From an uncultured virus (IMG/VR IMGVR_UViG_3300028805_000071) (Duplodnaviria; Heunggongvirae; Uroviricota; Caudoviricetes): a stretch of DNA of 64,000 nt. The translations under genes and the position numbers were made by a program. Below are positions 27,440 to 40,950 of this stretch, in pieces. The notes beneath the pieces are model-generated. The model saw only the letters and a list, made by a program, of their open reading frames with translations. It was not told the DNA's origin and did not search any database. Location of the stretch: IMG/VR virus record IMGVR_UViG_3300028805_000071, one strand, 5' to 3'. Each line of letters opens with the position of its first letter. Position 1 is the stretch's first letter.

Positions 27440-27441
27440 AT

Positions 27442-27476
27442 AAAAAAAAGAGGGGAGATTAACTCTCCCCTTTATT
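27442..27476 (-). terminator. Intrinsic terminator after the tape measure gene
   Basis: AGGGGAGA / TCTCCCCT stem plus T tract on the minus strand. Confidence 0.7.
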
Positions 27477-30400
27477 TTATTTGCGTAATAAGTATTGCGC
27501 AGTTCTACCAAGTAAGTTATCAAATGCTTCTTTAATTTCATCGTGATAAACTGCATTTGGAAATTCTGCTGTAATATTAACTACTTGTTCGAATTGAGTA
27601 CCAGCAGCAATACCAGCACTAGCTAATTCACCAAGTCCAGCAGCAGATATACTTGCGTTAGCAGATAATTGTGAAGCAATATCACGAACTGCTTCAACAG
27701 TATTGAGAATATTGGTTGTATCGGTTTTATTAAGAACAAGTTCTTTTTCATGAAGCATCGCCAATCTGCCCTCATTGCCTCATTCACCAGTATAACCACC
27801 TGTATCAAATATGGATAATGTTGCACCAGGATGAGTACGTTGATAATTGGCTGCCCAAGCCTGTGCAGCAGCTAATGTTGAGAATCCTTTCTTTAAAGTG
27901 GTGGTACCAGAACGAACGCCATGCAATCCGCCGCCTCCGTTGGTATTATCATCACCACCGCCTGGTGGATTGCCACCACCGGTACTTCCTCCACCACCGC
28001 CGCCACCTGCGCTGTTTGCGGCAGCAGCGGCTGCTGCCGCAGCTGCTTGAGCTCGTGCGGCTGCTGCTACGGCTCTACTAGCAGAATTTTCTGCGGCTGT
28101 TGCCAACTGACCATATTGCCTAATTAAATTATTAATAGAAGTTACTAATTCAGTATTTTTTGAAATTTGTTCATCTATTTGTGCTTTCCATTTCTTTATA
28201 AATGATTCTAAATTAGTTAAAGCTGGTTTCCAAACTTTTGTTTCTTGGTCTTTAACTTGTTGTTCATATGCATCAACAACATCTTGACCATATCCTATAA
28301 CATTTTCAGACTCTGTTTTAACCTGGTCTCCATAATTGGTAGCATCATCGCCAGCTGTTTTAAGCACTTCTTTCCAATTTGTTTCCCATTGTTGATATAC
28401 CGTGTCTAAATTTGTTACCATAGTTTGTGACGCTGTAACAAAAGTATCTTGCATGTCTTCTAGTGTTTCAAAATTAGTAACCGCAGCAAGCGTTGTCTCG
28501 TCCCAATCATTGATTAAATTATGGTCAATTACGCCAAATTCACCTTCAATCCACTTAGCATCATCTAATGCACCATTTAAAAATACACCATATTGTTGCT
28601 GTAATTGTTCATAATATTGTTGCAACATTTGTGTACGTTCAGCGTCTGTGAGATTTAAGTTAGCAATCTCATCACGATATTGAGCCATATTATCCATAAT
28701 TAAATCTTGTATATTTTTTGAATATTCTTGATTTAATTGTTCTAACTCAAATAACTTATCCTCATAATTTTGTTGAGCATTCGCTGTAGCATCTTCATCA
28801 GCATAATATGTATAACTTCAATCGCCCTCAGAAGTACGAGTCATACGAACCTGATTCTTTGCATTTTGAGCTTCTTCTAGCGCAATCTCAGCCAAACGTA
28901 ATTGATATTTTTTCTCCAAGAATTCAATATTATATTCGGTTAATTTATTACCATCACGCAATCCATCATTAACTTCATCTTGAAGTTCTTTGAGATATTC
29001 CATAGCTTTAACATTATCGGTATTATCCATTGACTTTTGGATATCTCTACCAAGTTTACTTAAGTCATGGATTTTCTGATAATCATCAACATATAAATCA
29101 TTTAGTTTCTTTTGTTTTTCAAAAGCATCTTGTAAATGGTCTAACGTTTTATAAGGACCGCTCATCGCTTTTTCAAAACCTTCAACAATATTTGTTAGAT
29201 GAGTTTGGAATACATTCTCAGCAGCTTCAAGTGCTTCTTCTTCTTTTTGTGCTAAATTTTCAACTGCATTCATTCACCGTTCATCCAATTTATCCATCAT
29301 ATCATTATATTCATCTTCGGTTAATAAACCATTTTTAAACTGGTCAGCAAATGTTTGCCTATCATATTCAATTTCTTCCAATGTTTTTCGAGCAATATCA
29401 ATCTCTCTTAATGCCGTTTGATAAGATGCATCAGCCAATCCTTCTAAAATTTCATCTGTAACTCCAAGAGCATCTTTACCAACAACATCTATTACATTTT
29501 TTAAATGATTTAAACTATTTGAATAAAAATCAACTTTACGAGCTGCTTTATCTGCCTCGTCAGCAAATTTATCTAATGCTTTAGATAATTGGTCCACAGC
29601 CTTTTCACGCATATCATACATGTCTTCATTAATTTCTAATAAAGCACTTGCATATTCGCGTAAATTATCAATTGCTTCTGGAGTTAAATTTAATTTATTA
29701 GCTAATGAATCTATTGAAATCGTTCCATTTAAAAATCCTGTGATATCTTTGCTTGATGCTCCAGCATTTTTTAATAAATCTGTAATAGCCTGCTCATAAT
29801 GTTGAGCCTTTTGACTCATTTGAGTTAACTCTTGATTTAAAAGTCCGATAGTGTCTGCTGCATCGCTACCATCATCATTTAAACGATTTAACATATATTC
29901 AATTAAATCGAGATTATCTTGAATTAAATCATTTTGTTCTTTTAAAGTATCATTAATATTCTTGAGCTGGGTATCATAAGCTTCATTGAGTTTTTCTAAT
30001 TGACTTTGTTTAGCGTCTATATATTTATCTAATGAATCTTCATAATTTTTAATAGCTTCTTCAAATTTCTTTAAGCCATCTTCATCATCTTTTAATTCTT
30101 TAGCCCATTTATTATACCATTCGTCATAATTTTTAATAGTACCGTCAGCATTAAATTGAGCGCCATATGCTGATAAATCAGATTTATCTTGTTGAAGATA
30201 ACGGGCTGCCTCATCTGCTAATTGACCATATAAAGATGCTTCAGTTTTTAAAGCTTCAATATGTTGCTGTACATATTGTTGACGCTCTTTTCCATAAGCG
30301 CGGTCTTCATATGTGGTAATTTCTTTTAACTTTTTAGCTTGCTGGTCTAATTTATCAGTAATCTCATGATAACGCTCAGCTTTTTTAGCTTCTTTTGGTT

Positions 30401-33400
30401 TAGTGCCGGAGCCGCCGCCTCCACCACCTCCACCTCCGCCTTTACCGCCGGATGGTCTATGGCTAGAAATTTGACTAGGTTTACCACGATAAGCTGTTGT
30501 GCTGCCCTTAATGGTTGGAATCCAAACCATAGAATCTTCTTCTAGTTTTGTTTCACCGGTAACTCTTGTCATAGCTCCGGTTTTTTCATCCATCATATAG
30601 GCTTCTGTTTTTGCTGTATCGATACTCTTAGCTGGGACTTGTTTATATTCTACTTCTGGTTCAAATCCTAAACTATTTAAAATATCGGATAATTGAGCTA
30701 CCGTTAAATCGCCATTAGTAAGCATGGTATTTAACGCATCTGTAAATCCGGTATCATCTAATGTAGCACCAACTTCTAAATCAGGCACTGCATCCATTAA
30801 CCCATCTAATTTATTAAGAATTGAATCACTATTTAAAGGATTACCATCCTCATCTTCCAAATGAGTTACAATATCTATAGTTGCATTTTCTCTTAATTGT
30901 AATAATGCATCTACATTACCTTCAGCAGCCTGCCTCATTAATTCAAGATTTTCTGCATTTGTTATAAATCCATCTGATAAATCAGATGTATCCATATCTA
31001 AAATTTTATCGTAATCATCTTTTAACGAAGCTAATACTTGGCCATATTCTTGGGTACCTTTATCCGCATTTTCTAAAGTATCTAAATAATTATCAAAATT
31101 ATTTATAATATCATCAAGACCCTCGTTGAATCGAGTATTTGCATGAGAAATATTTTTTAATTTTTCTTCATATTCTTCAACTTCATCTGAATTATTACCG
31201 TATTCTTTTTTTAAATCTTCTAAATGGTCTACGGTATTCTCATATTCTTCATTAAGATACTTTAAATATTTTGCTTGGGCCTCAGTGTCTTCAGCCTGCT
31301 CTTGTGGCGTAAAATTTTTAGCTCCTTCTTCTAATTCATCAAGAGTATAATTTTTTTGCCATCCAGCGTCTTCTTTATAATTTTTTGCATCGTCTTGTAA
31401 TACTTCTTTAGATTTATTTAAGAAGCCTTCTGCATATGCTTGACCTTCTCTTTCACCGGCCTGCAAAGCAAAATATTCAAACGCCTCATCTCTAATATTA
31501 TTAATATTAAAATCTTCGTCAACCGCAGTATTAAAATCTTTGCCGTAAAAATATTTTGGAGTTCCGCCGCTTTTATCAATAGAATGACCACTAGCTTCTC
31601 AATATTCTTCTAATTGTTCTTGGCTTAATTCAGTAGCGCTATGGTTTTGTTTTCAATCCTCTGTTGCCTGATTAACATAATCACTATATTGATTTTCTAA
31701 TGCGCTTTTTTCTTCTTCACTTAAATCATTTCAAGCTTCGCCATTCTTTTCAGACATCATGCGAGCAAAGTTAGATTGGCGCTGAGCTTCTAAAGCAGTC
31801 GTATTAGTATTAATTGCTTCTGCATTAGTTCGTAATTGTTCGATTAAATTACTATTGCCTTCAATATATTTAATCGTATCTGCATCAAAATCATTAATAG
31901 CATCGCCAAAAATTTTACCACTATCACTAATTTGAAGACTGCCATCTTTTACAGCATCAATAATCGCATTGACCTGCTTGCCTAATTCCGTTGGAGCTCC
32001 AGTATATGTGTTATCCGATTCAGCTTTTTCTTTTGCGGTTGCCTCATATCGAAGGTTATCATCTTTATTTATGGTTTTTTCAATATCTTTTTCAGTTTGT
32101 GCAGATATCAAATTACCCTGTGCTTGACGAGTAGCAAAAGCGGCTAGTTGAGTATCTTCTGCCTGCTGTTTAGCAAAATTTAGTGCCTTTTCCTTACCAC
32201 TTTCACTAAAACGAATTAAACCATTAGAATCAATATGCCAATCAACGCCCTGTTTTAAATCTCCATAAGTAGAAATTAAATCTAAAGCAGATTCATTAGC
32301 TGCATCTATTGCATCGCGCCATTCCTGAGTGCCCAATGTCATTTTATTTATATTTTTATGGGCATCATCTAAACTATCTAATGTAGTTTTTAAATCTTCA
32401 TAAGCAGTTTTAGCTTCTTTAGCAGCAGCTGTTGTATCTGCAACAGACCTAGCTAATCGTTCTTGTTTTTCAGCAGTGGTTTCAATGTTTTTATCTAAAA
32501 TTTTTAAAACCGCTGTAATAGCTACTACAGCACCAACTATTGCAATAGCTCCAAATGGTCCAAATAAGAATTTGGTTATAGCCCCACCACTAACTTCACC
32601 TTGAGCATTGATGATATTTAATTGCTTACCTAATCCTTGCATGCTATTGGCGGCCATGCCAACACCACTTGCTATACCGGTTAAACCAGCAATATAGCTT
32701 TTAATATCTCCATTACCAGACTTAAGAGTTTTATAAAAACCTTCAATAGAAGATGTTGTTAATGTAATACTGCTACCAAGTTGAGCAAATGCTTGCGTAT
32801 ATGCGGCAAAATTAGTTGGTTTCTTTTCTAAATCTTTGCCAAGGTCACCATTTTTCTTCATATTCTCTAAGGTAGCCCTTACAATTTCTGGTGACCCATC
32901 CGCCTTCGTCATTTCTTGAATTAAATCTTCTAACTGTTCTTTAAGGTGGATATATTCTTCTTTTTCTTGAACTAATTTATTATATGCATCATTTCCGAGT
33001 TTTTCACTCCCAGCTGATAACTTTGAATCCGCTTCAGCAATTTTAACCTCAAGGTCAGATATTGTAGTACTTAACTCAGTCTGAAATTGTTGGCGAGTAT
33101 CATGATTTTGCAACCCCTCAATCAATGCAGCTTGGATTTGTTCCCCAGCCGCTTTTGCTTGTGTTTCATTTTCTGAAGCAAATTGCTTTCAAACAGATAT
33201 ATCAGTACCTAAAATTTTAGGTAAATCTACTTTTTGAGGTTGATACTTTTTTTGAGAATTTAAATACGCGTTGTCTCAATCTGACGCATTTTCCATAGGC
33301 TCTTCTGGCTCAGGCTTTATATGCGATTTTCCAACCTCTTTTAAAGCTTCAAAATCAGTATTAAAAATTTGGCCAACTGCGTTATTAATTTTTCCTTGTT

Positions 33401-35192
33401 CTTTATTTGCAGCATCTAATAAATTAACACGTCTTTGCACTAAATCCACTAATTCTTGAGCTTTAGCGATAGAATCACCATCTGTTTTAGATTGCAATTC
33501 AGCAATACGTGTAACAATAGGCTCTAATTCTTGATATTTCTCCGCGAGCTCACCACTATTGGCAGCACGACCAATTAATGTTTTAAATGCATCTGCTTGA
33601 AGAGCAATATTTCTTTGTTGCTGTATCCCCCTTAATTCATCGGCTAATAATCGAATTGATGCAACTAATTCATCAATTTTAGCTTTTAATCCTTCGGGTT
33701 TAATTGTTGCCACCATTGCTATAATACCAGCAATGACACCCTTCATTCCACCAACACCATCAATAATTTTAGTAATAGCGTTAATAATGTCTGCGGCAAC
33801 ATTAGCTAATTTAATAAAGAAATCATCATTAATAATTTGAGAATATAAAGTTTCCCAAGAAGCTTTAATACGTTTATTTGCACCCTCCCAAGAATCTGCA
33901 TATTTATCTTGTTGTACTTGTAAATATCCGTCGGCTTCTTTTGCTTCTGTAACTAATCCTTTAAAGTAATCATAATTATCTAATAATGATATTAAATTAT
34001 TATATTGACGCACGCCACCAACTGTTTGTGCAACAGCTACTTTCTGCGCCTCATTTAAATCATTCCATTTTGCTCCCAACGAATCTAAAATGGTATTCAT
34101 ATCTTTTAGATTACCAGTAGCATCAATAACATCAACGCCAACTTTTTCAAGAGCTTTTGTATACTTAGTTAAATTTACATCATCTTCAAGAGTTTCACCT
34201 AAGCTAACACTTGATAAACGAGCAAATATAGTTTTTAATGAAGTACCTATTTTAGAAGCACTTTGCTGCGTTCTATCAACTAAGGTGGTAAGAGCTGCAG
34301 CTGAATATTCATAACTTAACCCTACAGTTTCAGCCGTAGCAGCGAATGCTTGCATACCTTCAGCGATATCAGCATTACTAGCAGCTGTTGTAGCACCTAA
34401 ATAAGCGATTACATCAGCATAATGCTCGACACTTTCAGAACCCTTATCAAAGTTATTCCAAATAGCTGTCATATATGATGAAATAGTTTCAGCTGATTCG
34501 CCAGAAGCATTAGCCATTTTAATTGTTGTTTCTGTACGCTGAGCAACTTCTTCATCGTTTAAACCCTGTTGATAGTAAATTAAAGCACCTTTAACATATT
34601 CATTTGTTGTGGTGCTTAACTCTTTTGCCGCAGCATTCGCACTTTTAGCAAATGCGGCTAATTGGTCAGCATTTAAATCGCTGACTATAGCAATATCAGT
34701 TAAACCCTTATTTAATTTTTGCGCATATGAAAACGCTCCTTGCAATGCAGATTGAACAGCATGAATAGCATTAGACTGAATAGTCCACATTGCTGTATTT
34801 TTTAAACCAGTAGCAAATTTCTGCAATGTTCCATGAAGGACTTGTGCTTTGGTATTTGCCTGCATAATTTGATTAGTAAATTTACCAAATGCATTTTCAG
34901 CCCCAATAGCTTTTAATGAGCTATAAACATCGCGCATGCTTAAGCCAGATTTCTCTAAACCACGTTGTAATTTTGTAAGGTCAAGCTTGCCAGCCGAATT
35001 GGTCGCGCTTTCTAAAATTCCTCTAAACTCAGCAGCTTGTTGTACCTGTTTATCTAAAGAAAGCCCATTTGCAGTTAAAGGAGCGTTTTGAATCGCTCGA
35101 GATATTTCATCTTTTAATTTAGCAACTTGCCTTGACGCATTACTAGTATCAGCAGTAAATCGTAATCCAACTTCTATGTTCTGTGATGGCAT
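27477..35192 (-). CDS. Tail tape measure protein (2571 aa with TGA=Trp)
   Basis: TP901-type TMP N-terminal core; long helical, Ala/Glu-rich body; C-terminal FDTGGYTGE[W]GNEGRLAMLHEKELVLN. In-frame TGA at 33276, 33189, 31731, 31653, 31599, 29274, 28818 and 27780. Confidence 0.92.
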
Positions 35193-35220
35193 TTCTATTT
35201 ACTCCTTTCTCTCTTTATAC

Positions 35221-35253
35221 AAAAAAATACCCCTACTCAAACGAGTAGGGGTA
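35221..35253 (-). terminator. Terminator-like hairpin upstream of the tape measure gene
   Basis: TACCCCTACTC / GAGTAGGGGTA stem plus T7 on the minus strand. Confidence 0.6.
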
Positions 35254-35275
35254 TACTAATTTTTTAAATTCTACT

Positions 35276-35322
35276 CTATTAATACATTAATTTTGTACCA
35301 ATAGAATGAAAGGTTTTAGCCC
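35276..35322 (-). promoter_or_regulatory. Candidate phage late promoter motif, copy 4
   Basis: GGGCTAAAACCTTTCATT...TTAATGTATTAATAG. Confidence 0.55.
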
Positions 35323-35852
35323 AATTTAGTCATCACATCTTTTAATACAGTAAGAGTATTTGGATTAGATATTTCTTCATTTAATTTTTCAATATCAACT
35401 GTCGTATCAACAAGGTCTTGACTGGCCGCCGTGATAATACCAAGAGCAGAATTTGTGTATTTATAGATATTATTGATGGTTTCTTCTACGATATCCCACC
35501 ATACAAAACGCATATCAGCAGCGCAATCTTTATCTTCTAACAATTTATCTAAAATGCCGTTAAACATAATTTTATCGTATGTGTCAATAGCATTAATCAA
35601 ATTATTGTCATTGATATCAATATTTGTGTAATATTTAACAGTAAGAATTACGCGATATACTTCTAATCTACCAGGATTATAAAACCTTGTTTCTTCATCT
35701 GCTGAAGTATGATTAATAATTTCCTCGGCTAACATAAGTTTTTCCGTCATTGGAAGATAAGTCCTATATGTAATTTCTTGACCATTAATATTAAAGGTTT
35801 TTTCTTCAGTAGTTACTTGAAGATTTAAATCATTAAATAATATTTTTTCCAT
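35316..35852 (-). CDS. Hypothetical protein, possible tail assembly chaperone (178 aa)
   Basis: RBS AAAGGAG; lies immediately upstream of the tape measure gene. Confidence 0.65.
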   Translation of the reverse strand: MEKILFNDLNLQVTTEEKTFNINGQEITYRTYLPMTEKLMLAEEIINHTSADEETRFYNPGRLEVYRVILTVKYYTNIDINDNNLINAIDTYDKIMFNGILDKLLEDKDCAADMRFVWWDIVEETINNIYKYTNSALGIITAASQDLVDTTVDIEKLNEEISNPNTLTVLKDVMTKLG

Positions 35853-35913
35853 CTTTTTTTCTCCTTTTGCTCAAGAAAATTTTACCAGTTTTTTTTAAGA
35901 AAGGCAAAATTTT

Positions 35914-37260
35914 TTAACCATTATTTCAATTTCTAGGAATTTGAGCGGCGTATTTTTGAGTCAATGTATTGTTTGACGTAATTTTTATATTAGAGCTAAC
36001 AGTAATAATACTCTTATGTTTATTGAATAGATATTCAATACGCTCTGGATAAGTAACAAAACCTTGAGGTGTTAATAAATATTGATTTCCTTTATCGGAA
36101 GATAAATGCAAAATTTTAGATAAAACGGTAGCCAAACCATAATTTGCCAATGCATTATAAGAAAAACTAGTTTTTTGTTGCAGTCATTTTCCTTTTGGGT
36201 CTTCATTATTTAAACTTTGTAATAATAAAAACACCTCTTTAATTCCTACCCCGCCTCTTTCAGCTTCTTCTGAAAATTCACTAATTGAAAAATGAGTATT
36301 TACAGATTGGGTATTTCAAGGCAACTGATTAAATCCAGCTTTAGCTTGAATATTCAATGCAGATAAATCCAATAAAGTATTATAACTTGCATCTGTAAGT
36401 TTAATGGTTTTAGTTTTACCAGAGTTTTTTTGTAAATTATCTAAAAATTTACCTAATGGCACCTCTTTAGTCTTTTCGCTACCAACGACCTGATAACGAA
36501 TTGGTATTTTTAATAAATCAGGATTTTTTTTATCAATATTTAATACCATAATATCTTGTATAATTTGTTCTGAGGCACCGGTCTCCTCATTTGTAATTAC
36601 TGATAATGGCCCAGTAGTAATAGTGGTTAAATTTGGTAAGTCTAATAATTGCAATCAAGCGGTTCCAAGTTCTTCTACAAGCTCTCCTTTTATATTATTA
36701 ATATTGCGAAAAAATTCTTCTATCGCCGGAGCGTGCGCATCTTTTAAACCACAACTTTTTATTGCTTTATTTATAAGAGCTAAATCTTTTTTATAAACTG
36801 CGCTATTAATATTCAGTTTGTTTTGAATACCTTTTAATAGGGTTTGCAAACGCGATAAATCTTTTTGTAAATTATCTCATTTAATTTCTACTGTACCTTT
36901 ATCATAACTCCCTTTTTTATGAAAACCAATGTTATTCAAATTTCAAGTTATATTACGTACAGCTCCATTGATACCCTCATTTTCATGTTGTCCAAATTTT
37001 GGAAGGAGGGTATTAATTGCTCCACTTGCAAATCATTGATTTAATTCAATTACGTCCGGGTCTTTTTTATCTTTTAATAAAGCCGCTTCTTGAAACTCGC
37101 GTATTTTTTGTAATTGAAATGCTCGAATAGCTATTATATCTGGGTCTGTAACGGCATTTAATTTACTATAATATGGCCCAGATGGTTTTTTATCTCAAAA
37201 CGGGTCTGTCCCATCATTTTGATATAAATCTATGACTTCATCCATTAAATCTCCAGCCAT
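35914..37260 (-). CDS. Hypothetical protein (448 aa); all 8 Trp encoded by TGA
   Basis: AAAGGAG RBS, ATG 37260; in-frame TGA at 37195, 37033, 36943, 36877, 36655, 36316, 36184 and 35926; TAA at 35914. Confidence 0.8.
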
Positions 37261-37283
37261 AAAAAACTCCTTTCTCGCTATAT

Positions 37284-37316
37284 AAAAAAATAGGGGAGAG
37301 TTTGCACTCTCCCCTT
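37284..37316 (-). terminator. Intrinsic terminator after the major tail gene
   Basis: AGGGGAGAGT / ACTCTCCCCT stem plus T tract. Confidence 0.7.
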
Positions 37317-37327
37317 GTTTTTAAAAA

Positions 37328-38308
37328 TTATTCAAATAAAGATTCGTGGTCAATCACGTGTTCTGTCTGAGTTCTGTGGATATCCATTGAACCAGCAGTA
37401 TCGATAATTTGAATAGCAGCTAATACTTTCTTTGACTTATCAAATCTTGTGTAGTCAGGGAAAGCATCCATTGTGAATGTAAATGTGGAAGGGTCTCCAG
37501 ATGAAGCCATTGTGAATGTGAAGTTTGACTGAATCTTGCAGTTAGGAATGATAAACTCTGCAGGAAGGTCAACTCCGTCCTGATTTCTGAACAGAGTAGA
37601 AGCTTCAAGATAGTAGTTTCCACCAAACTTATCAGGTGTGATTTCAATCTGTTGAACGCCAGATGTCTTTTCTACATAATAATCAACAAGAACACTCTCA
37701 ACATTATCAAATTCTCCAGAAGCAGTATCTGTAATTGCATATGTGCTTTCTGCATCTTCGCCAGCTACATAATCATCATGGCCTTGAATAACAATTAAAA
37801 ATTTACCATCATGCTCTTCGTCGCCAGTAATTTCGCCATGAGTAGGAATATAAGGCTCGCTAGCAGCTTCGCCATTCTTCATAATCATAACATAAGCAAA
37901 GTTTTCTTTCTTGTCAATTGGTAAATAAGGTTGCTTTTCAACCCAAACTTGAAGGGTATTACCATCAACCTTGATATCGTCTGTAGTTTCAACGATATGT
38001 TGATAAATGGGCTTGTTTTCACTTGCCTCAATTAAGCCAGCGCCAGAAAGAATCATGAATCCTTCGGGAGAGATTAAAGCATCTTCCATAGTGAAGGTAA
38101 CAGTTCTTTCACCTTCCCAAGCAACTAATCTGGCATTACCACGTCCGCCCTGAGCGTATACTGTGGTAGCAGCGCCTTCCATGCTTGATGTCTTGAGTGT
38201 ATCAAAGTAAATAACAGGTTCATTCTTATAGAAAATCTTATTTCCTACTTTTTGAGCTGCCTTTGCTTTTAATACAACATTACAAATTTCGCGCACCCCA
38301 AATTTCAT
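37328..38308 (-). CDS. Major tail tube protein (326 aa)
   Basis: Position; GGRGNARLVAWEGERTVTFTMEDAL and FTFTMASSGDPSTFTFTMD motifs; strong RBS; no TGA. Confidence 0.75.
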   Translation of the reverse strand: MKFGVREICNVVLKAKAAQKVGNKIFYKNEPVIYFDTLKTSSMEGAATTVYAQGGRGNARLVAWEGERTVTFTMEDALISPEGFMILSGAGLIEASENKPIYQHIVETTDDIKVDGNTLQVWVEKQPYLPIDKKENFAYVMIMKNGEAASEPYIPTHGEITGDEEHDGKFLIVIQGHDDYVAGEDAESTYAITDTASGEFDNVESVLVDYYVEKTSGVQQIEITPDKFGGNYYLEASTLFRNQDGVDLPAEFIIPNCKIQSNFTFTMASSGDPSTFTFTMDAFPDYTRFDKSKKVLAAIQIIDTAGSMDIHRTQTEHVIDHESLFE

Positions 38309-38333
38309 AATATATGTTCCTCCTTATTTTTCC

Positions 38334-39053
38334 TTAATGAATATTTTTCATCCAGTTGTCTGGAGTTGAATCGGGACTTCCACCCGCCAATCTCTGACGA
38401 ATATCTAAATCCCAACTAGTCCATAGCATGTATCGTTCAATTAAATCATACAATTGAAACATTGTTAAATTCATTAAATCTTGTAAAGACATTGAATTAA
38501 GTCCAATAGTAAGAATTGAAAGATACTGGGTTAAAACACTAGCGTCAAGTTCGCCTTTTTGAGCGGCGACTCTTTGACGTCCGCGCATTAATTTTTCCGC
38601 AATCTTACGAGCGGCTTCATTGGCTGGGTTAAAAGTGTCTTGTGAACTTTTATCTAAACAAAATACCGAACGTAAAATTGCTTGTAAGTCTTCAAAATTA
38701 TTTTCGTCTATAACAATTGAATTTTCTCCATCGATTAATAATAATGTTCTTGGAGTAAGATTAACTTTATATTTTGGAAATAATAATGTTAAAACTTGCA
38801 ACGTTGCTATCTTTTTAGAAACTTCGTTTTTATCAGATAACACCGTCATAAATATTTGAAAATTGTTTGTTTGAGATAGCGTATTTTTGTCCTGAATGTA
38901 AAAATTTTTATCAACACACAATAATTGCGCCCCAATGAAAAAATCTTTCTCCCCAATCATTGCTATCTCACGAATGGTAGGCTGATGAATTGCGGCAGTT
39001 AAACTAGGGATGGGGATGTCCCCACCAGTCATAAGTAATAAACGAATATCCAT
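38334..39053 (-). CDS. Conserved tail-region protein (239 aa)
   Basis: Intact ORF, TAATG-coupled to the upstream gene. Confidence 0.7.
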   Translation of the reverse strand: MDIRLLLMTGGDIPIPSLTAAIHQPTIREIAMIGEKDFFIGAQLLCVDKNFYIQDKNTLSQTNNFQIFMTVLSDKNEVSKKIATLQVLTLLFPKYKVNLTPRTLLLIDGENSIVIDENNFEDLQAILRSVFCLDKSSQDTFNPANEAARKIAEKLMRGRQRVAAQKGELDASVLTQYLSILTIGLNSMSLQDLMNLTMFQLYDLIERYMLWTSWDLDIRQRLAGGSPDSTPDNWMKNIH

Positions 39054-39661
39054 TATTTCTTGTTATACATTTCGTTAAATTCTTTTATAAACTGCTCTTC
39101 ATCTGCCGGATTCAACAACATTCGTTCATCTTTATTATAATTTTTATCTTCGCCACCGTGAATTGCTCTATACATTACTGATAAGCCAGCAAATTCATCA
39201 GTTAATATAATTTGATTAGCTCCCAAAAATTGGAACGTGCCTATACCAGTTAAGTGCTGATTATTAAACATACTATCAAGTTCGGCAGCAATGCGGTAAG
39301 GTCTAAGCTGAAAGTCTTCAAGTTGCCATTGGTCAAAATGACATATAATATCAAACGTTACAATATTGTCACGAAACTGTGGGTTGGAATCGTTAGTAGT
39401 AAAATTATCAAAACTTATAATGATATAAGCTAACACACTTCCATCAACATATATTTTAGGAACTATCTTAATATTTTTACCCAAAAGCTCTTGAGCTTGC
39501 TCACGTGTTAAGCTCGCACATTTCATAGCATTTGGAGTAGTATAATATAATAATTTTTGTAATCTTTTGTTTTGCAGCATCATATCAGTCATTATCGTTA
39601 AATCTTTATCTACCGATAAAAAACTTGACTGCGGTTCTTTAAAAGTTTTTATAAATGCCAT
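39053..39661 (-). CDS. Putative neck/tail completion protein (202 aa)
   Basis: Position between head and tail genes; FDIICH..W...RPYRIAAELD motif. Confidence 0.6.
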   Translation of the reverse strand: MAFIKTFKEPQSSFLSVDKDLTIMTDMMLQNKRLQKLLYYTTPNAMKCASLTREQAQELLGKNIKIVPKIYVDGSVLAYIIISFDNFTTNDSNPQFRDNIVTFDIICHFDQWQLEDFQLRPYRIAAELDSMFNNQHLTGIGTFQFLGANQIILTDEFAGLSVMYRAIHGGEDKNYNKDERMLLNPADEEQFIKEFNEMYNKK

Positions 39662-39680
39662 TTTTCTCTCCTTTTACTCC

Positions 39681-40658
39681 TTAATAGAGAGATTCAACCA
39701 CAATCGTCTTGGTAGAATCGTTGCAGTTTAATTCAAACTGCCCACTATATGATTTAAGCCATACTAATTCTATACTGCGACCATTTACTTTATATGCAAC
39801 AGGATACTTCTCATCAATTGACCAGTGAGGGACGTCAAGTCCTTCATAAGTATACGTTGCTTTGATTTTAGGTTTAATAAATCCTTGCCCTAAAATTAAA
39901 TCGGTAGATGTAGGTTGGTCAATTGGTTTGACTATTAAGCCATCTACAACGCCATTTTCCATGTCGTCTTCCATTTCATTAGCATAATATTCAACCGCAC
40001 TAATTTGCAGCACTCCTGGCATACTAATTGTATCTGTGGCTTCTACTCTCCAGCAAGTATTAACATCGCCATCTTCAATTCCTTTCAAATAAAACTTTGC
40101 ATAACGTCTAAAATACTCTAAAGTAGATTTAGTCTTTGGCATTAAAATATTTAAAGAATAATTTGGCCTGTCAATACTATCGCCCGATTTTTGTATATAA
40201 TTTATTTTAGTTTCTACTGGTCCTCTAACAGCAAGATAAGTAGTTTCTACCTCATTATCGCTATTTATCCAAGAGACTTGATAACTACATTTGCGGATGT
40301 CGCCTCTGAAATAAGCTAATTCGGTTAAATCTTGTAAGTAAATAAGCCATTTGGTTCCAGTATTACATCATTCAAAAATATCGCCGGGCTTAAATCCATG
40401 TTCAAACCCAACTGATACGATTTTATCATCGTAGTCTTGCTTTAATTTATTCGGATTAATTAATGCTCGAATAAATGCTTTCTCATCCGTTTGATTCAAT
40501 CGTTTAATTTTTGCGGCTTGATAAGAATATAATACGGCATGGTCTAAAGACCACCGCTTGTCCTTAATCATCCTATCTTGCTGCGGGGAACCGCCTCTGA
40601 ATCTTAATCGTCTTGCCATAAGACCCAGTGCACTAATATATTTATCTTGGTTATCCAT
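39681..40658 (-). CDS. Putative head-closure/neck protein (325 aa, one TGA=Trp)
   Basis: Track ORFs join through TGA at 40368 (GDIFE[W]CNTGTKWLIY). Confidence 0.75.
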
Positions 40659-40950
40659 GATAAATCCCCCTTAATAAAGATATACATTCGAAAACTGTTT
40701 TACGATAATATACAAACTCTATATCAGTTAAACGCAGCCCCTCTAACTTTGACAGCAGAACTAAATAATCTGCATTAATATTTAAAACTTCATTCATGCC
40801 GGTTAACTCAATAATAAGCGTTTCTAATTGCATATGCCAGTTTTCATTATTTTCACGCATTGGGATTAATTTTCATAACTGATTTGTTAAGCGGTCTATT
40901 GTGACTTTTATAAATGCGGGAGAAATTTCAAATCCGTATTTAGTCTCCAT
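40651..40950 (-). CDS. Hypothetical head-tail region protein (99 aa, one TGA=Trp)
   Basis: ATG 40950 overlaps the upstream gene end; METKYGFEISP...TNQL[W]KLIPMRE with TGA at 40873. Confidence 0.7.
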
